A DNA stretch of 64,000 bases from an uncultured bacterium (GTDB lineage Bacteria > Fidelibacterota > Marinisomatia > Marinisomatales > UBA1611): positions 192,001-256,000 of the forward strand of contig CALSPG010000007.1 in NCBI GenBank assembly GCA_943788175.1, written 5' to 3'. Numbering within the stretch: position 1 is the stretch's first letter; each line of letters begins with the position of its first letter. The translations under genes were made by a program, and so were the position numbers. The notes below the pieces were generated by a model that ran no database searches, was not told where the DNA came from, and saw nothing but the letters and a program-made list of their open reading frames with translations. This document shows positions 29,831-38,637 of the stretch, piece by piece.

Positions 29831-32770
29831 TTGTTAAAAAATGATTTTATTAAAATAAATAGATTAATCGCACTAGTTGTTTTCTTATTAACCTTCGTTG
29901 TTTATTTTGATACTATGGCTCCAACTGTCTCCTACTGGGATTGTGGTGAGTTCATTGCAGTTTCTCATACTTTAGGTGTGCCACATCCGCCTGGGAGTCC
30001 ATTTTTTCTGCTTTTGGGTCGTATTTTTTCTATGATTCCTTTTAATGATGATGTTGCTTTCCGTGTAAATATTATTTCCCCGCTCGTAAGTGCTTTAGCA
30101 GTGATGCTTCTGTATCTTTCAATTGTTAAAGTAGTGACTCATTGGCGAGGAAAAGTAAACAGCTCGATAGATAGTTTAATTGTTTTTGGTGGAGGTGTTT
30201 CTGGTGCCTTAGCGTTTGCATTTACTGATAGTCATTGGTTTAACGCAGTTGAAGCAGAAGTATATGCTTTTAGTACATTTTTTACCGCAATTGTTGTTTG
30301 GCTCATTCTTTTATGGAATGAAAAAGCAGATGAAAAAGGTCATGAAAGATATTTGCTTATCATTGCGTACATGATTGGTTTAGCTACAGGACTTCACTTA
30401 CTAAATTTATTAGCAATACCTTTTATTACTCTAATCGTTTATTTTAGAAAATATAAAGTTGAATGGAAATCTTTTGGAATTAATGTATTAATTACTGCCG
30501 TAATTTTTTTTGTTATCCACAATGGAATTATCAAAGGCTTACCTAAGATGGCCGCTGGTTTCTTGGGCGTATGGGGAACATCATTTTTGATTGGTTCTGT
30601 TTTTGCTCTAATGATTTGGGCTGTTTTGAATAAGCAACATTTAATTAGCATTGCCGCAACATCTATGGTGTTAGTATTAATTGGCTATTCTACATACTCA
30701 TTGATTTTTATTCGTTCTAATCAAGACCCCACGATTGATGAAAACGATCCAGAAACTGTCGAGGCAATGATATCATATCTTGAAAGAGAGCAATACGGTA
30801 GTGTTGGCCAGTTCCCAAGAAGATTTAAGGGGCTTCCTCAAATGTATGAAGTTGTTGGTCCTCCATCAAATAATGGAGATTACTCATCGAGGCAAAAATC
30901 TCAATACCGGAAGACTAATGTCAGCAAGCAATGGGATTTTTTCTGGAATTATCAGATAAAGAAAATGTACAACCGTTATTTTTTGTGGCAGTTTGCTGGG
31001 CGAGGGCCAGCTAGTGAAAGTGGCGTGACTCCTATGGGCGCTAATAGTCGGGAAGATGGCGTGGATTGGTCTCAATTTGGTATGCCCTTAGCCTTGTTAA
31101 TAGGTTTACTGGGAATGTTTTATCATGGAAGTAAGGATCAGCGTATGTCCTTTTCTGTGATGTCATTATTTTTATTAACCGGCTACGCAATAATTCTATA
31201 TTTAAATCAAGATGATCCTCAGCCAAGAGAAAGGGATTATTCTTATGTTGGTAGTTTCTTTGCATTTTCGATTTGGATAGGCGCTGGCGTGTCAGCGATT
31301 GGCGAATTTATTGAAAAGAAGATAGCAAATATAGATCTAAGAAAAAGAATGTTATCTATAACATTATTGTTAATAATAATATTCATGCCTGGAGTAATGA
31401 TGAGCGTTAATTATCATTCACATGATAGGTCTGGTAATTATGTAGCCTGGGATTATAGTTATAATATTTTACAATCAGTTGGGCCCAATGGTATATTATT
31501 CACCAATGGAGATAATGACACTTTTCCTTTATGGTATCTCCAGGAGGTGGAAAACATAAGGAAAGATGTAGCTGTGGTAAATCTTAGCCTTTTAAATACT
31601 CCTTGGTATATAAAACAGTGGAAAGAAGCAAGGTCTGCTGATACAAAGTTTATAAACCTTTCCGATAATCAAGTCGATGCTATCACTTCTAGGTTGCAGA
31701 GGTGGGAGGAGAAGAAGGTCCAGGTACCAGTTCAAAATGACCCTAAAAATGAAAAAGGTTTTATTGAATGGAATTTAAAACCTACTTTTGCTGGTCAGGC
31801 TCTAAGAGTTCAAGATATTATGATACTCAGAATTATTAAAGATGCAAATTGGAAGGTTCCTATTTATTTTGCTGTTACAGTATCTCAATCAAATAGAATA
31901 GGTTTAGACTCATATTTAGATATGCAAGGCTTGACCTTCCAGCTTAAAAGTCACAAAACAAAACCTGTCGATCAAGATATGATGTATAAAAACTTAATGA
32001 CTCAAATTGGCCCTAATGATTGGTCGTCAGAGTTTGATGTTTCTGGGTTTAATGATGATAAGGAAAGTGATTATATAAACTGGTCTAGAGATTATAAACC
32101 TGGATATATGTTTCGTAATCTGGGTAACGATAAAATTTATTATAATGATCAAATTATTAGACTTCTCCAGAATTACCGTAGTGCATATATGCAATTAGCA
32201 GTTACATATTATATGGATTATCAAAAAGAACAAAGAAAGAAAGTTCCAGATACTAACTTGTTAGCAGATTTAAGCTCTAAATCTGTTGAGGTATTAGATC
32301 AAATGCGTTTTAATATTCCTGAGGAAACAATACCAATCACTTCTGCTGACCTACACTATCAAGTTGCAAGGCTTTATGGCGACTTAAATCGTAAAGATTC
32401 AATGGAAGATATTTTAGAAGACTTAATTAAGCTGGAAGGTGTTTCTCCCAGTAATAAAGTTGAGTATGCTAATGTATATTATCGTGAACTTGATAACTCT
32501 GTAATGGCTGTTAATATATTATCTGATTTGCATAATGAATATTCTAAGATTGAGAATATTATAAAAGTTAAAGGCTTTTCTTCCATTTCAAATAGGAGTT
32601 GGAAAAGTTGGCAAAAAGCTTTTCCAGATATCATATCATCCTTGGTCTACATTTATAAATCAACAAACCAAAACAACGAGGCTGAGGAAGTATTAGTTGA
32701 TTGGATTTCGCGTTTTCCAGAGGATACAAACGCAAAAAAGTTATTAGAAGAAGTTCGCAGTCTTGACTAG
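29831..32770 (+). CDS. DUF2723 / TMEM260-like GT-C fold membrane glycosyltransferase
   Basis: PTVSYWDCGEF...LGVPHPPGSPFF, SHWFNAVEAEVYA, YLEREQYG, QPRERDYSYVGS, FTNGDNDTFPLWY; many TMs, C-terminal periplasmic and TPR-like region. Confidence 0.85.
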   Translation: MLKNDFIKINRLIALVVFLLTFVVYFDTMAPTVSYWDCGEFIAVSHTLGVPHPPGSPFFLLLGRIFSMIPFNDDVAFRVNIISPLVSALAVMLLYLSIVKVVTHWRGKVNSSIDSLIVFGGGVSGALAFAFTDSHWFNAVEAEVYAFSTFFTAIVVWLILLWNEKADEKGHERYLLIIAYMIGLATGLHLLNLLAIPFITLIVYFRKYKVEWKSFGINVLITAVIFFVIHNGIIKGLPKMAAGFLGVWGTSFLIGSVFALMIWAVLNKQHLISIAATSMVLVLIGYSTYSLIFIRSNQDPTIDENDPETVEAMISYLEREQYGSVGQFPRRFKGLPQMYEVVGPPSNNGDYSSRQKSQYRKTNVSKQWDFFWNYQIKKMYNRYFLWQFAGRGPASESGVTPMGANSREDGVDWSQFGMPLALLIGLLGMFYHGSKDQRMSFSVMSLFLLTGYAIILYLNQDDPQPRERDYSYVGSFFAFSIWIGAGVSAIGEFIEKKIANIDLRKRMLSITLLLIIIFMPGVMMSVNYHSHDRSGNYVAWDYSYNILQSVGPNGILFTNGDNDTFPLWYLQEVENIRKDVAVVNLSLLNTPWYIKQWKEARSADTKFINLSDNQVDAITSRLQRWEEKKVQVPVQNDPKNEKGFIEWNLKPTFAGQALRVQDIMILRIIKDANWKVPIYFAVTVSQSNRIGLDSYLDMQGLTFQLKSHKTKPVDQDMMYKNLMTQIGPNDWSSEFDVSGFNDDKESDYINWSRDYKPGYMFRNLGNDKIYYNDQIIRLLQNYRSAYMQLAVTYYMDYQKEQRKKVPDTNLLADLSSKSVEVLDQMRFNIPEETIPITSADLHYQVARLYGDLNRKDSMEDILEDLIKLEGVSPSNKVEYANVYYRELDNSVMAVNILSDLHNEYSKIENIIKVKGFSSISNRSWKSWQKAFPDIISSLVYIYKSTNQNNEAEEVLVDWISRFPEDTNAKKLLEEVRSLD

Positions 32771-32788
32771 TACATAATAATATCTAAA

Positions 32789-33832
32789 GTGTCTGACAAC
32801 AAGTTAAACGTTAGCATTATTATACCACATTGGAACAATGTAGATATTTTATCTGATTGTTTAGAATCAATTAGCTCAATAAAGTTATCTAATTTTGATA
32901 TAATTATTGTTGACAATGCATCCAGCGACCATAGCGTTGATTGGGTTAAATCTAATTATCCCAACGTAAATCTTATAGAAAATGATAAAAACTACGGATA
33001 TGCCGGTGGTTGTAATATCGGTGCAAAGCATGCTGTAGGAGATAAATTGATATTTCTTAATAATGATACTGTTTTAGATCCTGATTGTATACCCCATATG
33101 TTGAAGTCAATGGATGCAAATCCAAATATGGCTGTGTTACAGCCAAAAGTTTTAAATTATTTTGATAGGACGCTCCTTGATTATGCTGGGGGATCTGGTG
33201 GTCACATGGATATTTATTGTTTTCCCTTAGCACGAGGTAGGGTTTTTGCTAAACAGGAACATGACCATGGTCAGTATGATAATCAAGAAAAGTGTTTTTG
33301 GGCATCCGGAACATGTTTAATGATTAGAAAAAAAATATTTCATCAGGCAGGTGGTTTTGATGATGTGTTTTTTGCGCACATGGAAGAAATAGATCTATGC
33401 TGGAAAGTGCAATCTATGGGTTACGAAGTATGGGCTGAGCCTAAGGCAGTTATCTATCATAAGAACGGATTAACACTACCTATGTATTCTCACAAAAAGT
33501 ACTATCTTAACCATAGGAATTCACTTCTAATGTTATTTGGAAATTATTCATTTAAAAATATATTTTTAAACGGTTCAGTGAGAATTTTTCTTGAGATAAT
33601 AGCTGTTTTTTATTCTCTTTTAATTTTTGACTGGAAGCATGCATCAGCAATTATAAGAGCGCTATTTTGGGTGCTCCTTCATCCTCATGTAATTATAAAA
33701 AAGAGGAGTGGTTTTAATAAAATTAGAAAAAGAGAAGATAGTGAAATCATGAAAAGTATGTTTAAGAGCTCTATCGTTTTGAAATATTATATTTTAAGAA
33801 TGAAAACCTATTCAGCCATTTTATCTAAATAA
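32789..33832 (+). CDS. Glycosyltransferase family 2 (WbbL/rhamnosyltransferase-like)
   Basis: IIIPHWN, VDNASSD, NYGYAGGCN, FLNNDT, WASGTC, FAHMEEIDLCW. Confidence 0.9.
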   Translation: MSDNKLNVSIIIPHWNNVDILSDCLESISSIKLSNFDIIIVDNASSDHSVDWVKSNYPNVNLIENDKNYGYAGGCNIGAKHAVGDKLIFLNNDTVLDPDCIPHMLKSMDANPNMAVLQPKVLNYFDRTLLDYAGGSGGHMDIYCFPLARGRVFAKQEHDHGQYDNQEKCFWASGTCLMIRKKIFHQAGGFDDVFFAHMEEIDLCWKVQSMGYEVWAEPKAVIYHKNGLTLPMYSHKKYYLNHRNSLLMLFGNYSFKNIFLNGSVRIFLEIIAVFYSLLIFDWKHASAIIRALFWVLLHPHVIIKKRSGFNKIRKREDSEIMKSMFKSSIVLKYYILRMKTYSAILSK

Positions 33833-34656
33833 AATTTGTAAATATCGCTATTATCATGATCTAATTGTTTTACATCAATAAGTAAGTCTCTTCTACCAAG
33901 TTTATTAAAAGTTTCAGCTAAGTATTCAGAATGGATTTTCATAAAATATTGAGTAGATTGTTCTCGCCCAAAATCAATTGCGCTTTTTTCAAGGCCATTT
34001 AGCATATTATTAAGTTCTTTTAGACCAGCCTCAATTTTACCCTCTTGGAGTAAATCTTTCCCAATATAATAAGCAAGTCGAGCATCTCTTAATCCTGAGT
34101 TTTTACTTATATCATCTACTAGAGCTATTCTAGAGCTCCAGCCTTTTTGGTATTCTGATGATGCTCCTCTTAATGCTATTTCTCTTGCTATTTCATATGT
34201 AGCTCCTCCGCCTCTGTATTCATAAGTATCTATAACGCCTGCTAAGATCATATGAGCATAGAAAGCTAAAAAAGCTGATAACGGTTCAAATAGCACTAAA
34301 TCAAAATACAAGCTTGAGCCAGGGCTATAGTAAAACTGAGCACCATTATCAAAGTATCTTAATTCGCTTCCATTAGAAAATAAAGCTTTGCACAGGTATG
34401 TTTTTACATTGCCCTTAGATGCTGCGCCTTCAAAAACTATCTGTATATGTAAAGGAATTTTTAAATCAGAAAAATCTTTATCCCATGAAGTGTTTACAAA
34501 AAATTGTCGAACGTCATCCTTTAGGTTAATAAGGTCATATTTTTCATCACTCCTTAGTAATCTATCATCAAACTCAATTTTAACTAAGCCAAATTGCCCG
34601 TAGGAAGCTGTAAATAATATTGGGAGGATAACTACTAAGGATAATAGTTTTGTCAT
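33808..34656 (-). CDS. DUF4835-like exported protein
   Basis: Signal peptide; FVNTSW, RYFDN..QFYY, LAFYAHMILAG..DTY...GG, KGW; resemblance to DUF4835 from memory only. Confidence 0.55.
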   Translation of the reverse strand: MTKLLSLVVILPILFTASYGQFGLVKIEFDDRLLRSDEKYDLINLKDDVRQFFVNTSWDKDFSDLKIPLHIQIVFEGAASKGNVKTYLCKALFSNGSELRYFDNGAQFYYSPGSSLYFDLVLFEPLSAFLAFYAHMILAGVIDTYEYRGGGATYEIAREIALRGASSEYQKGWSSRIALVDDISKNSGLRDARLAYYIGKDLLQEGKIEAGLKELNNMLNGLEKSAIDFGREQSTQYFMKIHSEYLAETFNKLGRRDLLIDVKQLDHDNSDIYKFYLDKMAE

Positions 34657-34662
34657 TGATTA

Positions 34663-34692
34663 AAGATAAATTAAAGCAATTCCTCTTTACAA
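34663..34692 (-). promoter_or_regulatory. Putative sigma70-type promoter, leaderless geometry
   Basis: Minus strand TTGTAA (34692-34687)-N18-TATCTT (34668-34663), 6 nt before ATG 34656. Confidence 0.4.
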
Positions 34693-34746
34693 GTAATTTA
34701 TCTTACTTATTTTTGTATTGGTTTGAATATGAATTAATTTTAGATA

Positions 34747-36156
34747 ATGAAAAACATTGAAAAAATTATAAACCAATCTAAATACAAACATATTTTTGAT
34801 ATGGCTAAAAGAGCTGGCAAGCTTGGCATAAAAGAAAGCATAAAAGTTTATATAGTTGGTGGCGTAGTAAGGGATTTAATGCTTGGAAGGGATATCCAAG
34901 ACCTTGATTTAATGGTTGAGGGTGACGGTATTTTTTTTGCAAAAAAACTAGCTAAAGAGATTGGTGTAAAAAAAGTTGTCCCTTTTGAAAAATTTGGCAC
35001 TGCTTTAATACCGAATAAATTATTTCAGATTGAAATTGCTAGTTCTAGATCAGAAACGTACAGCAGTGAATCAAGAAGTCCCTCAAAGGTTAAGTTTACT
35101 AGCCTGAAAGAAGATTTAAAACGGCGAGATTTTACTATCAATGCTATGGCAATGGACACTCATCCAGAAAATTTTGGTAAAATATATGATCCATTTGGTG
35201 GACAGAATCATTTAAACGAAGGATTATTAAAAACGCCATTAGATCCAGAGAAAACTTTTTCTGATGATCCGCTGAGGATGATGAGGGCAGCTTACTTTGC
35301 ATCAAAGCTTAATTTTAAACTGGACTCTGAATGTAGGGCCGCAATTACTAACCAATCTGATAGGATAAGCATTGTTTCTTGGGAAAGAATAAGAGAGGAA
35401 CTTATAAAAACGCTTTCTACATCTAAGCCTTCTGTTGGGTTAGTAATGATGCAAAAAACAGGTTTACTTAGAACAGTATTTCCTGAAATTGATATTATGT
35501 ATGATATGGATCAATCTGCAGAGTGGCACCATAAAGATATTTTTGCTCATACTTTACAAGTTGTAGATAATGCAGCAAAATTAACAGATAAAATGGAAAT
35601 TAGATTTGCTGCGCTGGTTCATGACATTGCTAAACCGGTAACAAGACGTATTGATCCTGTTAAGGGTTACACGTTTCACGGTCATGATGCAATAGGTGAA
35701 AAAATGTTAAATAAAGTATCACAAAGGCTTAGGCTTTCAAATAAATTGTCAGGTTATATAAAAAAATTAACATTATTGCACCTTAGGCCTATAGCTCTCG
35801 TTAAATCTGAGGTTACAGATTCTGCAGTAAGGAGATTAATGGTTTCTGCTGGTGATGAGATTCAAGATTTAATGATACTTTGCAGAGCAGATATAACAAC
35901 GAAAAATCCCAAAACAGTAAAAAAATATTTAAAGAACTTTGATATTGTTGAAGATAAAATGAAAGTTGTTTTGGATAAAGATTCTGCAAAAAAATTTCAG
36001 AGCCCAATTAGAGGTAAAGATATTATGCAAATTTTTAAAATTAATGAAGGTAAGCAAGTCGGAATATTTAAAAAAGCAGTTGAGGAGGCTATTCTTGAAG
36101 GGACAATTGAAAACACATACAATGCCGCTAAAAGATTTTTATTAGATCAAAAATAA
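34747..36156 (+). CDS. CCA tRNA nucleotidyltransferase / poly(A) polymerase family with HD domain
   Basis: VGGVVRD, DLD, EDLKRRDFTINA, FSDDPLRMMRA, SWERIREE, HHKD..HTLQV, LVHDIAKP. Confidence 0.9.
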   Translation: MKNIEKIINQSKYKHIFDMAKRAGKLGIKESIKVYIVGGVVRDLMLGRDIQDLDLMVEGDGIFFAKKLAKEIGVKKVVPFEKFGTALIPNKLFQIEIASSRSETYSSESRSPSKVKFTSLKEDLKRRDFTINAMAMDTHPENFGKIYDPFGGQNHLNEGLLKTPLDPEKTFSDDPLRMMRAAYFASKLNFKLDSECRAAITNQSDRISIVSWERIREELIKTLSTSKPSVGLVMMQKTGLLRTVFPEIDIMYDMDQSAEWHHKDIFAHTLQVVDNAAKLTDKMEIRFAALVHDIAKPVTRRIDPVKGYTFHGHDAIGEKMLNKVSQRLRLSNKLSGYIKKLTLLHLRPIALVKSEVTDSAVRRLMVSAGDEIQDLMILCRADITTKNPKTVKKYLKNFDIVEDKMKVVLDKDSAKKFQSPIRGKDIMQIFKINEGKQVGIFKKAVEEAILEGTIENTYNAAKRFLLDQK

Positions 36157-36280
36157 TGAGAAACTTGACAAAGAACATTTTAAAAATCTTTTTTGTAACC
36201 TTAAAACAAAATCTTATAAATTAGACCAGTTGAAACTATAGAAATATTTTAAAAACATATACTTATAATTAGGAGAAATT

Positions 36281-36583
36281 ATGACATATATTATTGCTGA
36301 ACCATGTGTAAGTACTTGTGATACTGCTTGTGTCGAAGTATGCCCAGTTGATTGTATTCACGGGCCAGATGATAAAACTGGAGCAGGAGCTGAGGCGAAA
36401 GAACCTGGTTTTGACCCTGAAGGTAAGCAGCTTTACATCAATCCGGAAGAATGTATAGATTGTGGTGCTTGCGAACCAGAGTGTCCTGTTGAAGCTATTT
36501 TTGAAGAAAGTGAAATTCCTGAAGAATGGAGTAAATTCATTCCACTTAATTATGAATATTTTGGACAAGAATATTCTGGGTAA
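36281..36583 (+). CDS. Dicluster (7Fe/8Fe-type) ferredoxin
   Basis: AEPCVSTCDTACVEVCPVDCIH...CIDCGACEPECP; SD AGGAG; followed by a terminator. Confidence 0.92.
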   Translation: MTYIIAEPCVSTCDTACVEVCPVDCIHGPDDKTGAGAEAKEPGFDPEGKQLYINPEECIDCGACEPECPVEAIFEESEIPEEWSKFIPLNYEYFGQEYSG

Positions 36584-36605
36584 TTAAATTAAATTGAAAA
36601 TCATT

Positions 36606-36634
36606 AAAACGGTTGTTTCGGCAACCGTTTTTTT
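36606..36634 (+). terminator. Rho-independent terminator after ferredoxin
   Basis: AAAACGGTTGT-TTCG-GCAACCGTTTT hairpin with T tail. Confidence 0.85.
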
Positions 36635-36649
36635 ATTGAAATAAGTAGT

Positions 36650-37783
36650 ATGAATAAAAATAAAGTAAAAGAAATTCTGGCAAATATCAACTATCCTGGT
36701 TTCAATAGGGATATTGTTTCTTTTGGGATGGTGAGTGGGATTGAAATTAAATCTGATGAAGTAAAAATAAATCTTAACATAACTTCTCAAAACGATGAAA
36801 AGAAAAAAATTCTTGTTAATGATATTGAAAAAAAATTAAGCGAGTATTTTGCTTCTGTTTATGTTGAAGTAGAAGAAAAAGCACCAAATGGTCCTCCTCC
36901 TGGAGCTCAAGCTTCTAATCCAGAACCTGTATTGCCAAATGTTAAACACGTAATAGCAATTGCAAGTGGCAAAGGAGGAGTTGGTAAATCAACAGTCGCA
37001 TCTAACATTGCATGTGGCTTGTTTGAGAAAGGATATAAAGTTGGTCTTTTAGATTTGGATATTTATGGGCCTTCTCTTCCTATCACTTTGGGAATAAATG
37101 AGCAACCAGAGATGACAAATAATAAAAAACTTGTGCCTATCAATAGATTTGGTCTGAAAGTGATGAGCTTTGGTTTTATAAGTGGTAATGATACACCTGT
37201 AATATGGAGAGGGCCTTTAGTTTCAAGGATGACTGAACAATTTTTCAAAGATGTTGAATGGGGTGAACTTGATTATTTAATTTTAGACTTACCACCAGGT
37301 ACAGGAGATGTGCAGCTTACGCTCACTCAAAAATTGCGCATGTCTGGAGCTATCATTGTCACGACTCCGCAAGATATTGCATTATCAGATGTAAGAAAGG
37401 GTGCGGATATGTTTAGAAAAGTGAAAACTCCTATTTTAGGAGTTGTTGAAAATATGTCTGGTCTATTTATTAATGGTGTTATTAAGGATGCAAATGGTAA
37501 TGAGGTCAATGGTGGTACAATAACAATGGATTTTGGCTCTGATTATCAAATTCAAAATAGCGGAGAATTTGAAATTTCATTAGACCTCTTTAAAAAAGGT
37601 GGTGGCTTAGCTGAAAGCAAGCGGCTAGAAATCCCATTAATAGGGCAAATACCTATCTCCAATGATATTGTTAGTGCCACCGATAATGGAGAACCATTGA
37701 TACGTTTGAATCCTGAACATAAAGCATCCAAAATATATATGTCCATTGTTGAGAAAATGATATCAATTTTAGATGAGGCCTAA
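36650..37783 (+). CDS. mrp: Mrp/ApbC/NBP35 family P-loop ATPase with N-terminal DUF59-like domain
   Basis: YPGFNRDIVSFG, SGKGGVGKST, DLDIYGPS, WRGP, DLPPGTGD, TTPQ, ENMS. Confidence 0.9.
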   Translation: MNKNKVKEILANINYPGFNRDIVSFGMVSGIEIKSDEVKINLNITSQNDEKKKILVNDIEKKLSEYFASVYVEVEEKAPNGPPPGAQASNPEPVLPNVKHVIAIASGKGGVGKSTVASNIACGLFEKGYKVGLLDLDIYGPSLPITLGINEQPEMTNNKKLVPINRFGLKVMSFGFISGNDTPVIWRGPLVSRMTEQFFKDVEWGELDYLILDLPPGTGDVQLTLTQKLRMSGAIIVTTPQDIALSDVRKGADMFRKVKTPILGVVENMSGLFINGVIKDANGNEVNGGTITMDFGSDYQIQNSGEFEISLDLFKKGGGLAESKRLEIPLIGQIPISNDIVSATDNGEPLIRLNPEHKASKIYMSIVEKMISILDEA

Positions 37784-37886
37784 CAACAAGGAACATTCTA
37801 CCTATTGTTCCAGTATAATGTTCAAAATAGGTGATGTCTTAATGTTGAAGATTTAAAACTATCTTTATTTTTACGACAAGATTCTT

Positions 37887-38636
37887 ATGAAACCAAAAAC
37901 AATAGATAAATCCGAATTAAAAATAATACCTAGGCATATTGCTATTATTATGGATGGGAATGGAAGGTGGGCAAAACAAAGAGGCCTACCTAGAATAGCT
38001 GGTCATCGCGAGGGAATAAACTCTGTTAGAGAAATAACCAAAATATGTGGAGAAATAGGCGTAAAATATTTAACGTTGTACACTTTTTCTACAGAAAATT
38101 GGAGTAGACCTAAAACAGAAGTCAAAGCTCTGATGACTTTGTTACTTTCCACTATAAAAAAAGAGATAAAAGAGTTACACAAAAATGATGTTAAATTTTC
38201 TACTATAGGGGATATCTCAATTTTGCCTAAGGGAACAGTTAAAGGTATCAAAGAAGGTGAAAAGCTAACATTTGACAACTCTGGTTTGAATTTGATTCTA
38301 GCTTTGAATTATGGGAGCAGGCAAGAAATAATCTCTGCTGTAAATAATATAGTTTTAGATATTAAAAAAGGGAGTCTAGAGAGTAACTCAATCGATGAAA
38401 ATATTTTCTCTTCATATTTATATACGAATAGCTGTCCAGATCCAGACTTATTAATTCGTACTAGTGGAGAATTAAGAATAAGTAATTTCCTCTTGTGGCA
38501 GTCGGCATATACAGAGATGTATTTAACAAACACATATTGGCCCTCTTTTAGAGAAAATGAATTATTTACAGCAATAGTTGATTTCCAAAATAGAGAACGT
38601 AGGTTTGGAAAAACTAGTGAACAGCTAGAAAATTAA
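37887..38636 (+). CDS. uppS: Undecaprenyl/polyprenyl diphosphate synthase
   Basis: HIAIIMDGNGRWA, FSTENWSRP, NYGSRQEI, RTSGELRISNFLLWQ, RERRFG. Confidence 0.96.
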   Translation: MKPKTIDKSELKIIPRHIAIIMDGNGRWAKQRGLPRIAGHREGINSVREITKICGEIGVKYLTLYTFSTENWSRPKTEVKALMTLLLSTIKKEIKELHKNDVKFSTIGDISILPKGTVKGIKEGEKLTFDNSGLNLILALNYGSRQEIISAVNNIVLDIKKGSLESNSIDENIFSSYLYTNSCPDPDLLIRTSGELRISNFLLWQSAYTEMYLTNTYWPSFRENELFTAIVDFQNRERRFGKTSEQLEN

Positions 38637-38637
38637 A

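Noticed and set aside
33808-34656. Type IX secretion locus inferred from the DUF4835 (PorD-like) gene
   Set aside because: Family call is tentative and no other T9SS genes are in the window
29467-34715. Bacteroidota-type TAnnTTTG promoter elements at 29467-29474 and 34708-34715
   Set aside because: Only two instances in very AT-rich DNA; other promoters here look like ordinary -35/-10 types
36269-36568. 99-aa antisense ORF covering the ferredoxin
   Set aside because: Shadow of a codon-biased real gene; no recognisable motifs
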